This document shows, piece after piece, positions 36,275-64,000 of a stretch of 64,000 bases of DNA; the first letter of the stretch is position 1, and each line of letters begins with the position of its first letter. The stretch is from Amoebidium appalachense (taxonomy: Eukaryota > Protista > Ichthyosporea): contig CAVNZM010000005.1 in assembly GCA_963693365.1 (NCBI GenBank), positions 10,811,728-10,875,727 on the forward strand, read 5' to 3'. The notes beneath the pieces are model-generated. The model saw nothing but the letters and a program-made list of their open reading frames with translations. It searched no databases and had not been told where the DNA came from. The position numbers and the translations under genes were made by a program.

Positions 36275-36962
36275 CGTCTACCACACAGCACCGAACACTA
36301 GTTACTGGCATGGTGAGAGCACACAGCATAATCAGGCCGCAGACTGTGTGCATCCAAATCGCCGTCACATGGCTACACTTGTGTAAACAGGCTATCAGGA
36401 CCTGGTACATGTCACATTTTTCATGGAAAGTTTTTAAATTATGTAGTGGTGCCCAGCATTTCAGTAAGATGTGCTAGCCTACGGTTCCAACGAGGTTCAC
36501 ACGGGAACATTAAATTTAACCATAGAGAGCCATTTAATAGTTTTCTTTCTTCTTTTCTTTCTTTCTTTTTTTTTTTTTTTTGTTTGTGTGTTTGTGTGTG
36601 TGTGTCTGGGGCGGGCGGTTACAGTGGTGGCGGTGGTAGTGGTGGTGGTGGTGGTGATGGCGGCGGCGAGGTGGTGGTGGTGGTGGTTTTTTTTTTTTTT
36701 TTTTTTTTTGGGGGGGGGGGGGGGAGGGGGGGGGGGGAGGAGGGGGGGGAGTGAGGGAAAGGGTGGGGAGGAGGAGGGGAATTTTCGCAGGGGGGTCTGG
36801 AAAAAACTTTTACATGTATGCCTGGAGTCTCCGCCAAGTGTAAGAGGATTGGCGGTCCTGTGGACAAACCCTGGGACGGGGGGGGGGGGGGGGGGGGGGG
36901 GGAGGGGGGGGGGGGGGGGGGGGGGGGGGGAGGGAGGCTTTGTCAACCCAGGCCACAGGCTA

Positions 36963-37914
36963 CTACAATCCTCCTTCCATCAGCCCTGGGATAACGTCAT
37001 AAGAAAATTGTAGCATGCGATCCCAAATGCCGGGGCCGGGGGTCACAGTATTTCGATCGGCGACCAGAGTTGACTCCCCAAGTTTGGGCATTGCCAGCCC
37101 CGGCAGAATCAATGTAACTGGGACACCGTGCTTGAGAGCAGGTTTAGTCAGAGTCAGAGCAGACATGCAAATATGGACTTAGCCGGACTACACGCACACG
37201 CGCACATACACACACTACATGTCACTGTGAGAACTTGTACACATCATGTTATCTGTAGTGTATACTATGAATTCTGATTCAGGCAACACTTCTATAGGAA
37301 ACTGCATTGTTCGGCAATCCTCTTCCCCCTCCACCCTCCGACTACTGACTGACCCATGGCAAAACCATTACCTTAGGCCCCCTTCGGAACCTCCTGTCCC
37401 CCACTTGGCAACCGGTCCGGTGGTCCCCTCCATACACACGTGTACACACACATACACATACACACACACTGATACCGTGAGAGTGTCACGGCCTCAGAGT
37501 CTTGAGTCCCCCTCCCTTCCCTCCATCTCTCGCTCCCCCCGGCCCCCTCCCCCCTCCCCCCCCCCCCCCCCCCTCTCGCACACACCCAGGCTCTCCCTCC
37601 CTCGCTCCCACTCTCTCCCCCTCTCTATCACCTCCCCTCCACCCTTTCTCTCTACTACCTCTCTATCTTGCATGTCAGCAATTTTGTAGTTTTAAAGCAA
37701 ACGAAAACGAAGATAAAGAAAGAACAACAGCGCCAATATAACACCAACTGTTCGCACATGCAGCACAGGTAAGAATTCCGGCAGCAGGTCATGCATATGC
37801 ATGGCAGGAATATGCACATATACACACCTGTGCACCCAGGGCAACAGCAAACAGGAGCAGAACGACCTGCCAGGTCCTCATTCCACTACCAGAACCAACC
37901 TTGCGGGAACCCAT
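36963..37914 (-). CDS. Possible small ~77-aa hypothetical gene, divergent from EFM7
   Basis: Exons 37914-37871 (needs a GC donor, GCAGGT), 37393-37372 and 37130-36963 join as MGSRKVGSGSGMRTWRFRRGPKHGVPVTLILPG... No recognisable domain. Confidence 0.25.
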
Positions 37915-38010
37915 ATTGTGTGGGCAAATGACTCAACAACGCCGTTACGTGGCTACGTGACTGGCACGTACTGACGGTGCCTGGGCTGCTTTGAACTTCA
38001 CGTTCGCCTC

Positions 38011-38098
38011 TATTTTTCCTTACACTCTCGCGACCGCGTGCATGCTTTCTCTCGCGGCGGCTCTACGGTCCCGTTCGCTGTGTGTGTAAGGAAAAATA
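38011..38098. mobile_element. 88-bp miniature inverted-repeat element
   Basis: Perfect 15-bp inverted termini TATTTTTCCTTACAC / GTGTAAGGAAAAATA; the terminal TA may be the TSD. A related end lies at 62873. Confidence 0.7.
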
Positions 38099-38870
38099 CG
38101 AGTCACCTCAGTAGGTGACAGGCTACGCGAAGTACTTTTGAAAAGAAGTGTGCTTGGTTTGTTTCGAATTCAGTACGTTTACTGAGTGCCCCCGTTACGT
38201 TTTACTGGGTGGTAACGTGCCATGGCTGCCCAAAACGTATTGCCGCGCTCTCTGCAAACAGCGCAACAATCTAGACAATTGGTACCGAGATAGACGTAAT
38301 GTCTCTAAGCGCATTTAGAGACCCCCAAAGAAGTCAAACTTTGCACCCCAGAAGTTCAAATTACAGTATTTGTCCCCGGTATCCGTTCTCCGTTCGTTAT
38401 CGGGGCTATAAACACCCACTTATTTGCTCTTCAAAATCCATGTCAGCGATTGGGCAAAAGCGTTTTTATCGTCTACCCTCCTCCCATTAGCCAATCAAAT
38501 CGCATATATTCGCAGCTACCCCGGCCTCCCCTCACCTCCCCTCCTCCACGTCCGGATCTTTCGAACCCTACTCCTATTTGATCTCGTGGAGTAGAAAGGA
38601 GCCTACCGGCCCCAATGATAATTATCTGACCGTGGAGAACCATGCGCATGCCGTGGCTGAACGAAGGTCATTCAGTGAATTTCAGTCCCTGGCACACGGA
38701 GGCCTACTGACAGCGAGTGAGCACACGGGGCAAAAATACTATGCGCAGCCTTCGCATCGGGAGTTTTTGTTCCGCGCATATGCCATGTCTACAGTTTTCC
38801 CAATTCAATTCAAACCACAAGTAGGTAAAAGTGAAAGTGCACGAACAAACAAGCCAAACCGTTCTTGAAA

Positions 38871-46494
<7,624 letters not shown>

Positions 46495-46936
46495 TTACGT
46501 CATTACTTGTGGATGTGGTGTGTGCACGTGGGTGGGGTGTGTGCGCTATAAAACACAATTTGGTTAGATCAGTAACGTATTTGCATTGGAGTCATTGTGG
46601 TGCTGTCCTTGTAAGAGTGTATGTTTTTTATGAAACAAAAAAGAGCGGGAATATAGCAATGATTTGTTTGGTTTGCCGTTTGATTGGGGTTTGGGAAAGA
46701 GAGTTTAGGCACTAGGAGATGCTAATGGTACATTTTGGCCCGGTGTAGACTTGCATGTACCACGCCTGTGTTAAAGAGGAGAAAAGAAACAGAATTGTAG
46801 ACAGGTTTACCTGCTTTTTTATCGTGTTATAAAAACAATAGCACAGGCTGGACCGTGCTAATAGAATTATAAGCAGAAGTGCAGGTGATGCAATATCTTT
46901 AAGTGCATATGCAGAACACCCCCTGTAGATGTGCCC

Positions 46937-46968
<32 letters not shown>

Positions 46969-47106
46969 ACACACACACCACCACCACCACCACCACCACC
47001 ACACACACACACAAACTCACAGCTACACACTGCGCACACACACACACAACCCACACACACATGTATACAGATCTGTGCACACAGACGTGCGCACGTGCGC
47101 ACGCAG

Positions 47107-47153
<47 letters not shown>

Positions 47154-47198
47154 ACGCACACACACACGCACGCACACACACACACACACGCACACACA

Positions 47199-47303
47199 CA
47201 GTGCATGTACGTACATACACACACACACACGCACACACACACACAGTGCATGTACGTACATACACACACACACACACACACACACAACACAGTGCATGTA
47301 CGT

Positions 47304-47338
<35 letters not shown>

Positions 47339-47348
47339 GCATGTACGT

Positions 47349-47395
<47 letters not shown>

Positions 47396-47402
47396 GCATG
47401 TA

Positions 47403-47443
<41 letters not shown>

Positions 47444-47452
47444 GTGCATGTA

Positions 47453-47488
<36 letters not shown>

Positions 47489-47498
47489 GCATGTACGT

Positions 47499-47533
<35 letters not shown>

Positions 47534-47640
47534 GCATGTACGTACATACACACACGCACACACACACACACACACAGTGCATGTACGTACATACACACAC
47601 GCACACACACACACACACACAGTGCATATACGTACATACA
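47199..47640. repeat. ~45-bp compound minisatellite, CAGTGCATGTACGTACATA plus (CA)n, about 10 copies
   Basis: Directly visible, between the convergent 3' ends of EFM7 and the PTP gene. Confidence 0.92.
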
Positions 47641-48376
47641 CACCCCGCACAATACCGTGCACATGTGCGTACACCTGTACGTGACAACACCACAGCAAAC
47701 GTCCACACAGAGCTCCGTGTGCCCCACGGAGCTCCTAGCCTATACTAATGTTAGCCTGTAGACAAAAGCGTCTATTCGGTTGCTGTGTTGGCCCCACAGC
47801 AACATGTCAACTATTCATTATGCAATCATCAACATGTACAAACATGGCATCAGAATCGAAAACCTCCACACATAGCGACCATCACTTCATCTTTAAGCAC
47901 TAACAGTAAATCGTGAAAGGACCACCAAGTTATAGTGTAAATGCTATCTATGTACACGCACATGCTACACTAAATGGGTGTCAGCACCCATCCTTGTGAT
48001 ATATCTTCATATCACATTTATAGAACACAGATGATAGCAAGAACCTGGTTTAAAGTCACATCTGCTTCCATATTCATGTTCGTTTCATCTGACGCTATCT
48101 ATGAGCTATTGGGCCAGCGTTTTAAAATTCAGCTTCGTCATGTATTGAACCCCCCCCACCCCACCCCCCTGAGACAAGGCAAGGAAAAGAAAGAGGTAAG
48201 AGAAACACTGTGAAAAAAGGAATGCCTAATTAGCATCCCATACCGCCAAACACGACGACTGCATTCAACACCATGTAGTATATACCCAGATCAAAGGGAC
48301 ACACCACTAAACTACCCTCAGAGTCATTTTGTTGCACCGTATATTGCAGCATTCAAAAACAAAACACAAATCGGCC

Positions 48377-57974
<9,598 letters not shown>

Positions 57975-58691
57975 CAAGGCTTCACTGGAACATGGGAGCT
58001 AATAATAGCCGCTCACTAACATGCACATGCCACTGTATCAACCTGAAAAGAAGTTTTTTGCAATCATAAAAATGTATTCTATACGCAAAAGCACGCGAAG
58101 ACTTCGTTTGACTAGGAAAGCCTTCTTGAAGTCACATTAACAAAAACAGAAAAAAAAGAAAAACACAAAAAAGTGCAGAGGAGTTGTGACGGCGTGTACA
58201 GATATGAGCGATCGATCAATTGCAAGTGGGATAACGAAATCCCTCGGTAATATCAAGATTCGCTAAAAAAGGAGGCACGATATAAAAGAGGGGCTGCAGT
58301 GTCACTGCACTTTGTGCATTTATAGAAATTGTAGTATTGTGTTATATATGTAATATTGTAATAGTAAATGATATTCTACAAAAAAATTCCAGTTACTCTT
58401 ATTTGTGGTAAAGCTTGGGGCCAGTTTTCATGCATTACCTCTGCCACTTACATCCCGTTAGGTACACACTGTGTTCCTCGTATGTGTCGCACACAGATAT
58501 AAGTGTTCATCGTCATCATGCTAACGAACCTTCTTTTTGTTTCGTTTTCTCGCTGTGTGACGTAAGGACCCTCTCACCGTGGCTCTGTCACAACTCCATA
58601 TATTATCCTCTGAGTTGAACCGTAAACCAGCAGCAGACACATTTCAAATGGTTGTTAACGTCCAGGGCGGGGGGCGGGGGGGAGGAGGAAA

Positions 58692-58777
<86 letters not shown>
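58692..58777. repeat. ~86-nt poly-G homopolymer, the longest of many in the window
   Basis: Directly visible; the exact length may be unreliable in the assembly. Confidence 0.8.
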
Positions 58778-58779
<2 letters not shown>

Positions 58780-58920
58780 CTAATAAAAAAAATATTACCC
58801 ACAGCACCGACAGTACCTAGTTAATGTATGCCTGCAACTACATGTTTAACTAAAACCAAGGCCTCCTACATACTGTTAACCATAAGTGCAATCTGCCATA
58901 ATGCTGCAGCCCCCCCCCCC

Positions 58921-58954
<34 letters not shown>

Positions 58955-59005
58955 CCCACCCGGCACCCCCTCCCCCCCTTCCCCCGGCCCATGGTGTATG
59001 TAATT

Positions 59006-59058
59006 GTAGTTTGCCTAGAGGGCCTGCAAAGGCTCTCCGAGAACAAAACGTGATAAAA
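59006..59058 (+). repeat. Second copy of the short dispersed repeat with A-rich tail
   Basis: GTAGTTTGCCTAGAGGGCCTGCAAAGGCTCTCCGAGAACAAAACGTGATAAAA followed by TAAAAAATAAAAAAA; see 36222-36274. Confidence 0.8.
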
Positions 59059-59517
59059 TAAAAAATAAAAAAAATATAGCTGCAGGCAAAATCAGACGTT
59101 CCAGCTTATAGATCCGGTGCTATCCGAGTCGGATCCTGTGCACGTCAAGTGGAGATCTTGGGGATTCCTTCTTCAGTTGTAAGCAAAGGCTACCCGGTGA
59201 CTCCTGCCCTCCCCCCCCACCCCCACACACGCACCAAAACTTGATTAAATAAATAAATAAGTAAATAATAGAAAAGAAAAAAAAAATGCACGCATGCTCA
59301 CCCCCCCCCCACCCCCCCCCCCCCCCCTCACCCCCCGCCCCCCGCCCCCCAACCCTCCCCCCCCCCCCCCCCCCCCCCAACCCGTTCCGCCTCTCCCTAT
59401 AACCACCCCCTCCCCCCCCCCCCCCCCCCTCCCCGCCCTTCCAAACACCAAACTCCATTTCCAAATAACCGACGGAAGGTCTGCACTAAAGCTGCGATCA
59501 TCTCCCCCCGCCCCCCT

Positions 59518-59554
<37 letters not shown>

Positions 59555-60534
59555 CACCCCTCCCCACCCCCCTCCCCCGGTCCCCTCTGAATCCCCCCTC
59601 CCCCCCCCCCCCCCCCCCCCCCTCCCCCTATGTGCGCCCCCGTGACCCCTGTAACAACCCCACCCCCCTTAGGCTATGCGTACACCAACCACCACCACCA
59701 CTACACAAAAACAAAAATGAAAAGAGAAGGGGGAAAAAAGAAAAAAAAAGACAGCTCAAACAAAAACCTGATGTATGCACGGTCTCGCAAGGCCCTGGAC
59801 CACCGACACAATCGATGCACTCCCTTGTATATACACTGAACTTTTGCTTAAATTAGGATATATTGCCAATGTTCCAATTGGAACAGTTTAATGATGGACA
59901 AGTATCAGGAATGCCAATATATAGTGACGGTATATATGGTGCAAAGCTTTCAAAGGGAACAAGCTGGGCTCAAACAAGCTTTACGAAAATTAAAGAACTA
60001 GCAGTCTTGCATACACATACCACACAAGATGCACATGCCGGTGTGCATCCACACACAAACACCTTAAAATAATTATATAGCAAGACACACGTGCACCAAT
60101 TACTACCTGATCATCGCATAAATATAAAGGCACGTGCAGGCACACTTGGAGATCTGCGCTTTTCGTATCACACACAGGCCACAGGCACGTGCACAGACAG
60201 GGATCAGATGTACACACATGTACACGCCTGTGTGTGTGCATCGTAAGGAACCACGCGTGTAGACCAACCATCCTGCTCCTGAGACTTCTTTTTGTTTGCA
60301 CATTTTTACACAAGGCCCCAGCGGCCACTGACCAAACCGGTGACCCATATAAAGCGGCAGAGACATAAATATTCACGATGGTAACTTACTAGAATATCGA
60401 AACAAGCAATTTGTGGAGATGGGTCAATTGGCTTGAAAGTTGTTGCATGCGCAGGTTGACGTTGCAGGGAAGAAAACTGAAAGTTTACAAAGTTATACAT
60501 CACAGATTATGTCGTGCTTCTGTTAAACTGTATA

Positions 60535-60592
60535 TACAAGGCTTAGCCCCATTCAAAGTTACCTACAAGGCTTAGCCCCATTCAAAGTTACC
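60535..60592. repeat. Perfect 29-bp tandem duplication
   Basis: TACAAGGCTTAGCCCCATTCAAAGTTACC twice, downstream of the SdrD-B-like gene stop. Confidence 0.95.
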
Positions 60593-60652
60593 TATTTTAG
60601 TATTAATGCATTTGCATACTTTGGCTGACAGAGAATGCCTTCCAACCTCTAC

Positions 60653-61968
60653 CTAGAACACATACCCAAAGTTTCCATTAGTAACAGTCTGCCCCGCGCC
60701 AAGTGTAACAGTATAACCCCATCCCAAAGTCTGTCCAAAAATACTCTTAGTAGGCCGTGCATTCGGGCCCAAAGAAGCCTGGTCGACTTGCACGGTGTAG
60801 GGTGCCCCCGCAGGCACATTCAATACATAACTACCGTCTGCACCCGTAGTCACTGTTTGCACCACCGCGCCCGCGGTGTCCAATAGGGACACACGCACCC
60901 CCGGAACGCCGGGATCTGATTGGTCCATAGCACCATTGTTGTTGGCGTCTTGGTAGACTCGAGAGGTGATCACTGCTTGCAGGGGTACGGATGCAGGTGC
61001 ATTCACTGTGGTCGGGAAGAGGTGTTTACCGGTCAGTGTGTCATACAAAAACTGTGTGTGTGCACACAAACCTCCGAGTGTGCTAGTCGTTGATAGTGTA
61101 TCCCTTTCCCGTGTTCACAATAGCTATTTTGTCACAAATCCCTTATATATTACCCAAAACCATGCTGTTGTCCCTCATGTTCATTATCCGTCTTCCAAAC
61201 AGTTTACTTCCAAAAGAGTCAACCCCCATCAACAGCACATGTATGCCCAATCAAGCACCTACCCGGCCTGTACGGCAGTTGCACCTTCACATTCTGCCCG
61301 TCAGCAGCATCCACCTGCACCACACTGCCCGCAAACACCATCCCCGCAGGCCCCGTCTGTCCCACAGGCCCCACGCTGTATGCACCTGGTTGCAGCCCCC
61401 TCACCATGAAACGACCGTTTGCATCTGTGTCTACAGACACCCCCCCTATCTGCACCCCTAACCCTGCAAGGCCTGCCTCCCAGTAGTCTCTCTTCCCGTT
61501 GCCACTGCCGTCCACAAAGGCACTGCCGTAGATGGTTGCTGTTGAGAAAAATTGTTTGTCAGTGGTAGTGTAAGCTCAGAGAAAAACACAAAAATGCAGC
61601 CATTTTTGGTTCTGGCATGCAAACCGTGGAATTACAGTTGCAGATTTTGTAACAGTTGTTGGGTGGGTGCAAGCAGCAACTTGAAAGGTGAGCTTGCCGA
61701 GCAAAATTCGTCCCATGTGCCTGTCTGTATGTATGTAGGTTCTTGTCCTTGCCACCGACAGAGTGGAATGGGTAGTGGGATTCGTTGGCCCACCACAGGG
61801 ACGTCTAGCACGCGTAGAATTGAAGCAGGGGCAAAAATAACAAATACATTGCACACAGAACGGTTTCATACCTCCAGAGCCAGGCTCGCCAGCAAATCGG
61901 CTGGGAGCGGCCGAAGTGCAGGCCACGAGAATGCAGAGGGCGAAGGTGCTGGACTTCAACGCGGCCAT
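60653..61968 (-). CDS. Secreted ~231-aa protein with two SdrD-B/CnaB-like (prealbumin-like fold) domains
   Basis: Exons 61968-61872, 61538-61263, 60975-60653, all phase 1. Signal peptide MAALKSSTFALCILVACTSA. Repeats IYGSAFVDGSGNGKRDYWEAGL..TDANGRF..GLQPGAYSV and ITSRVYQDANNNGAMDQSDPGVPGVRVSLLD..TTGADGSY..YTV..NFG fit the SdrD-B pattern with its EF-hand-like DxNxNG loop. Confidence 0.82.
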
Positions 61969-62100
61969 TTTTCTTTAGCCGGGAAGTATGTAGGAGTATT
62001 GTAAGAATATAATATGCAGTGTGTATCGAAAATGGCGTGTTGGGGGTAGATAGTAGTGGACGGGCTGTGCACGATGTGACCACTAATACTTTACATATAG

Positions 62101-62222
62101 TTAGTTTATGGTATCGGCAATTTGTTTTTAAAGTGTTCTGACAGACAGAGTAGTGCAAACCATTACTTAGTTTATGGTATCGGCGATTTGCTATTAAAGT
62201 GTTCTGACAGACAGAGTAGTGC
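62101..62222. repeat. Two-copy 56-bp direct repeat upstream of the SdrD-B-like gene
   Basis: TTAGTTTATGGTATCGGCRATTTG...TAAAGTGTTCTGACAGACAGAGTAGTGC at 62101 and 62167. Confidence 0.9.
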
Positions 62223-62309
62223 CCATGGTTTGTTGATGCGTCGGCCATTTGGCGAGTTTTTATGGACGAACGTCGAACCGAACTGGAACACGCCACTTGA
62301 GTACATTCG

Positions 62310-62690
62310 GTATCCTATTGGTTGGAAGTTGAAACGGTCCCCCCAGCAAGTGCAGGGAGGGCCAAAGTGGGGCAAAATAGTTGTATATTTATTGTTGGAT
62401 TCGGTTTTTATATTCTGTAGACCAAAAATGTTTATGTTATGTCTCTAAATCTCTTTTTTGTAGGCTCTATTCGGACACAGCACCTGTCGACGCGTGTCCG
62501 AGTCGAGGACTTGAGGTGGGACGTAATCCAATCGGCATCCAGAAATAATTGAACTAAATGACGATCGGTTGTGATTGGCTACTGAAACAATGAAATAGTT
62601 GTCCGTTACCTTATTGGGTCTCAAAATTGCTATGTGATTGGTCTAAAAACATACACATTCCCTATTGGGTTATGTGTTCCAATAGGAAGA
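62310..62690. promoter_or_regulatory. Cluster of CCAAT/ATTGG boxes, probable promoter region
   Basis: About seven CCAAT/ATTGG pentamers within 380 bp, upstream of the minus-strand ATG at 61968. Confidence 0.35.
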
Positions 62691-62872
62691 GGGCAATTAC
62701 AAGCGCACTTTGAAACATAAACAAAACACGGATCTCTCTTCAAACATACGTCATCTTCCCGGATCCACCGAGCAGTGCACGTGCGGCGGGCAATTATTAT
62801 TTTATTTCTACACGTGCACCGTATGTAGGGTCCACCCTGGCTGTAAATCTGCCACCTACTGAGATGGCTCTT

Positions 62873-62898
62873 TATTTTTCCTTACACATTCAGCGAAC
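62873..62898. mobile_element. Solo terminus of the TIR family seen at 38011-38098
   Basis: TATTTTTCCTTACACATTCAGCGAAC differs at 2 of 26 positions from the reverse complement of 38073-38098. No partner end was found. Confidence 0.55.
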
Positions 62899-63197
62899 AC
62901 TGGACTCTATTGAACCGTCGAGACTCCGCGACAGAAAGCATGCACGCGGTTGCGAAGCGAACGTAAAGTTCATCGCAGCGGGTGCACACCGTCAGTACGT
63001 GTGAGGCTGTAAATGTAGCGATATCACAAACAAACGGGCCGCCGTACACAATTAAAAACCCAGTGTTACACGCCGTCGCATCAACACCAAGCCGCTGGGC
63101 ATGGCACAGTTTAGTAGGCACACATGCATGCACATAATTAGTAGTGGAGTATGTACTATCACACATGTACACACACGTGCACACTGGCACACACTGG

Positions 63198-63254
<57 letters not shown>

Positions 63255-63335
63255 ACACATACACACACACATACGCACACACGCACACACACACACACAC
63301 ACACGCACACACACAGACACACACACACACACACA

Positions 63336-63422
<87 letters not shown>

Positions 63423-63857
63423 GCGCGAAAGCAAGACTGCGTAGCCGGTAGGTTATAAGCGCATGGCATGGTGTGCGCAGGCTGTGTTTGCACCCCACCG
63501 GTTATTTCCATGTGCTGAGGCAGATCTTATCCTGTGGCTCGCCGGTTCTCTCTGACACACACACACTCTCAGGCTCTCTCTCTTTCTCTCTCTCTCTCCC
63601 TCCCCCCCTCCCTCCCTCCGTGCCCTCACTCTCTCCATCTCTCTCGCCTTCCCTTCTCTCTCTCATTCTCTCTTTCCCTCCCGGATCCCTCCCTAGGCCT
63701 CCCTCCCTCTCTCTCCCTCCCCTTCCCTTCTCTCTCTCATCCTCTCTTTCCCTCCCGTGATCCCTCCCTCTCTCTCTCTCCCTCCCCTTCCCTTCTCTCT
63801 AGATCTCTCATTCTCTCTTCCCCTCCCTCCCTCCCTCCCTCTCCCTCCCTCCCCCTC

Positions 63858-63892
<35 letters not shown>

Positions 63893-63946
63893 CCCCCCCC
63901 CCCCCCCCCCCCCCCTCGCTCTATCTCTGTGTGTGTTTGTGTGTGT

Positions 63947-63993
<47 letters not shown>

Positions 63994-64000
63994 CGTGTGC

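Overview
Eukaryotic, intron-rich genomic DNA, probably from a unicellular opisthokont/holozoan. That placement is inferred from an animal-like Exo84, a fungal-like EFM7, a classical PTP and CTAAC-type branch points. Introns are saturated with (CA/GT)n, (CT/GA)n and poly-C/poly-G runs, so nearly all entries in the ORF track are microsatellite noise. Manual splicing recovers these genes: Exo84/EXOC8 (minus, 16 exons, runs off the window start, one AT-AC U12-type intron); a frameshifted PIF1-family helicase (+); a single-C2H2 zinc-finger protein (+); EFM7/NNT1 methyltransferase (+); a classical protein tyrosine phosphatase (minus); and a small secreted protein with two bacterial-type SdrD-B/CnaB-like domains (minus). 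Mobile DNA includes a hAT-type MITE with a perfect 8-bp TSD, an 88-bp TIR element, and five copies of a non-coding retroposon-like family. Those copies all end in CATTCAA(A) directly at poly-C runs, all lie sense in introns, and the two long ones share a covarying, probably pseudoknotted RNA fold. The second main signal is that splice donors lacking the +5 G are almost always followed at once by a poly-C run. Gene models and folds were derived by eye, with no database searches.
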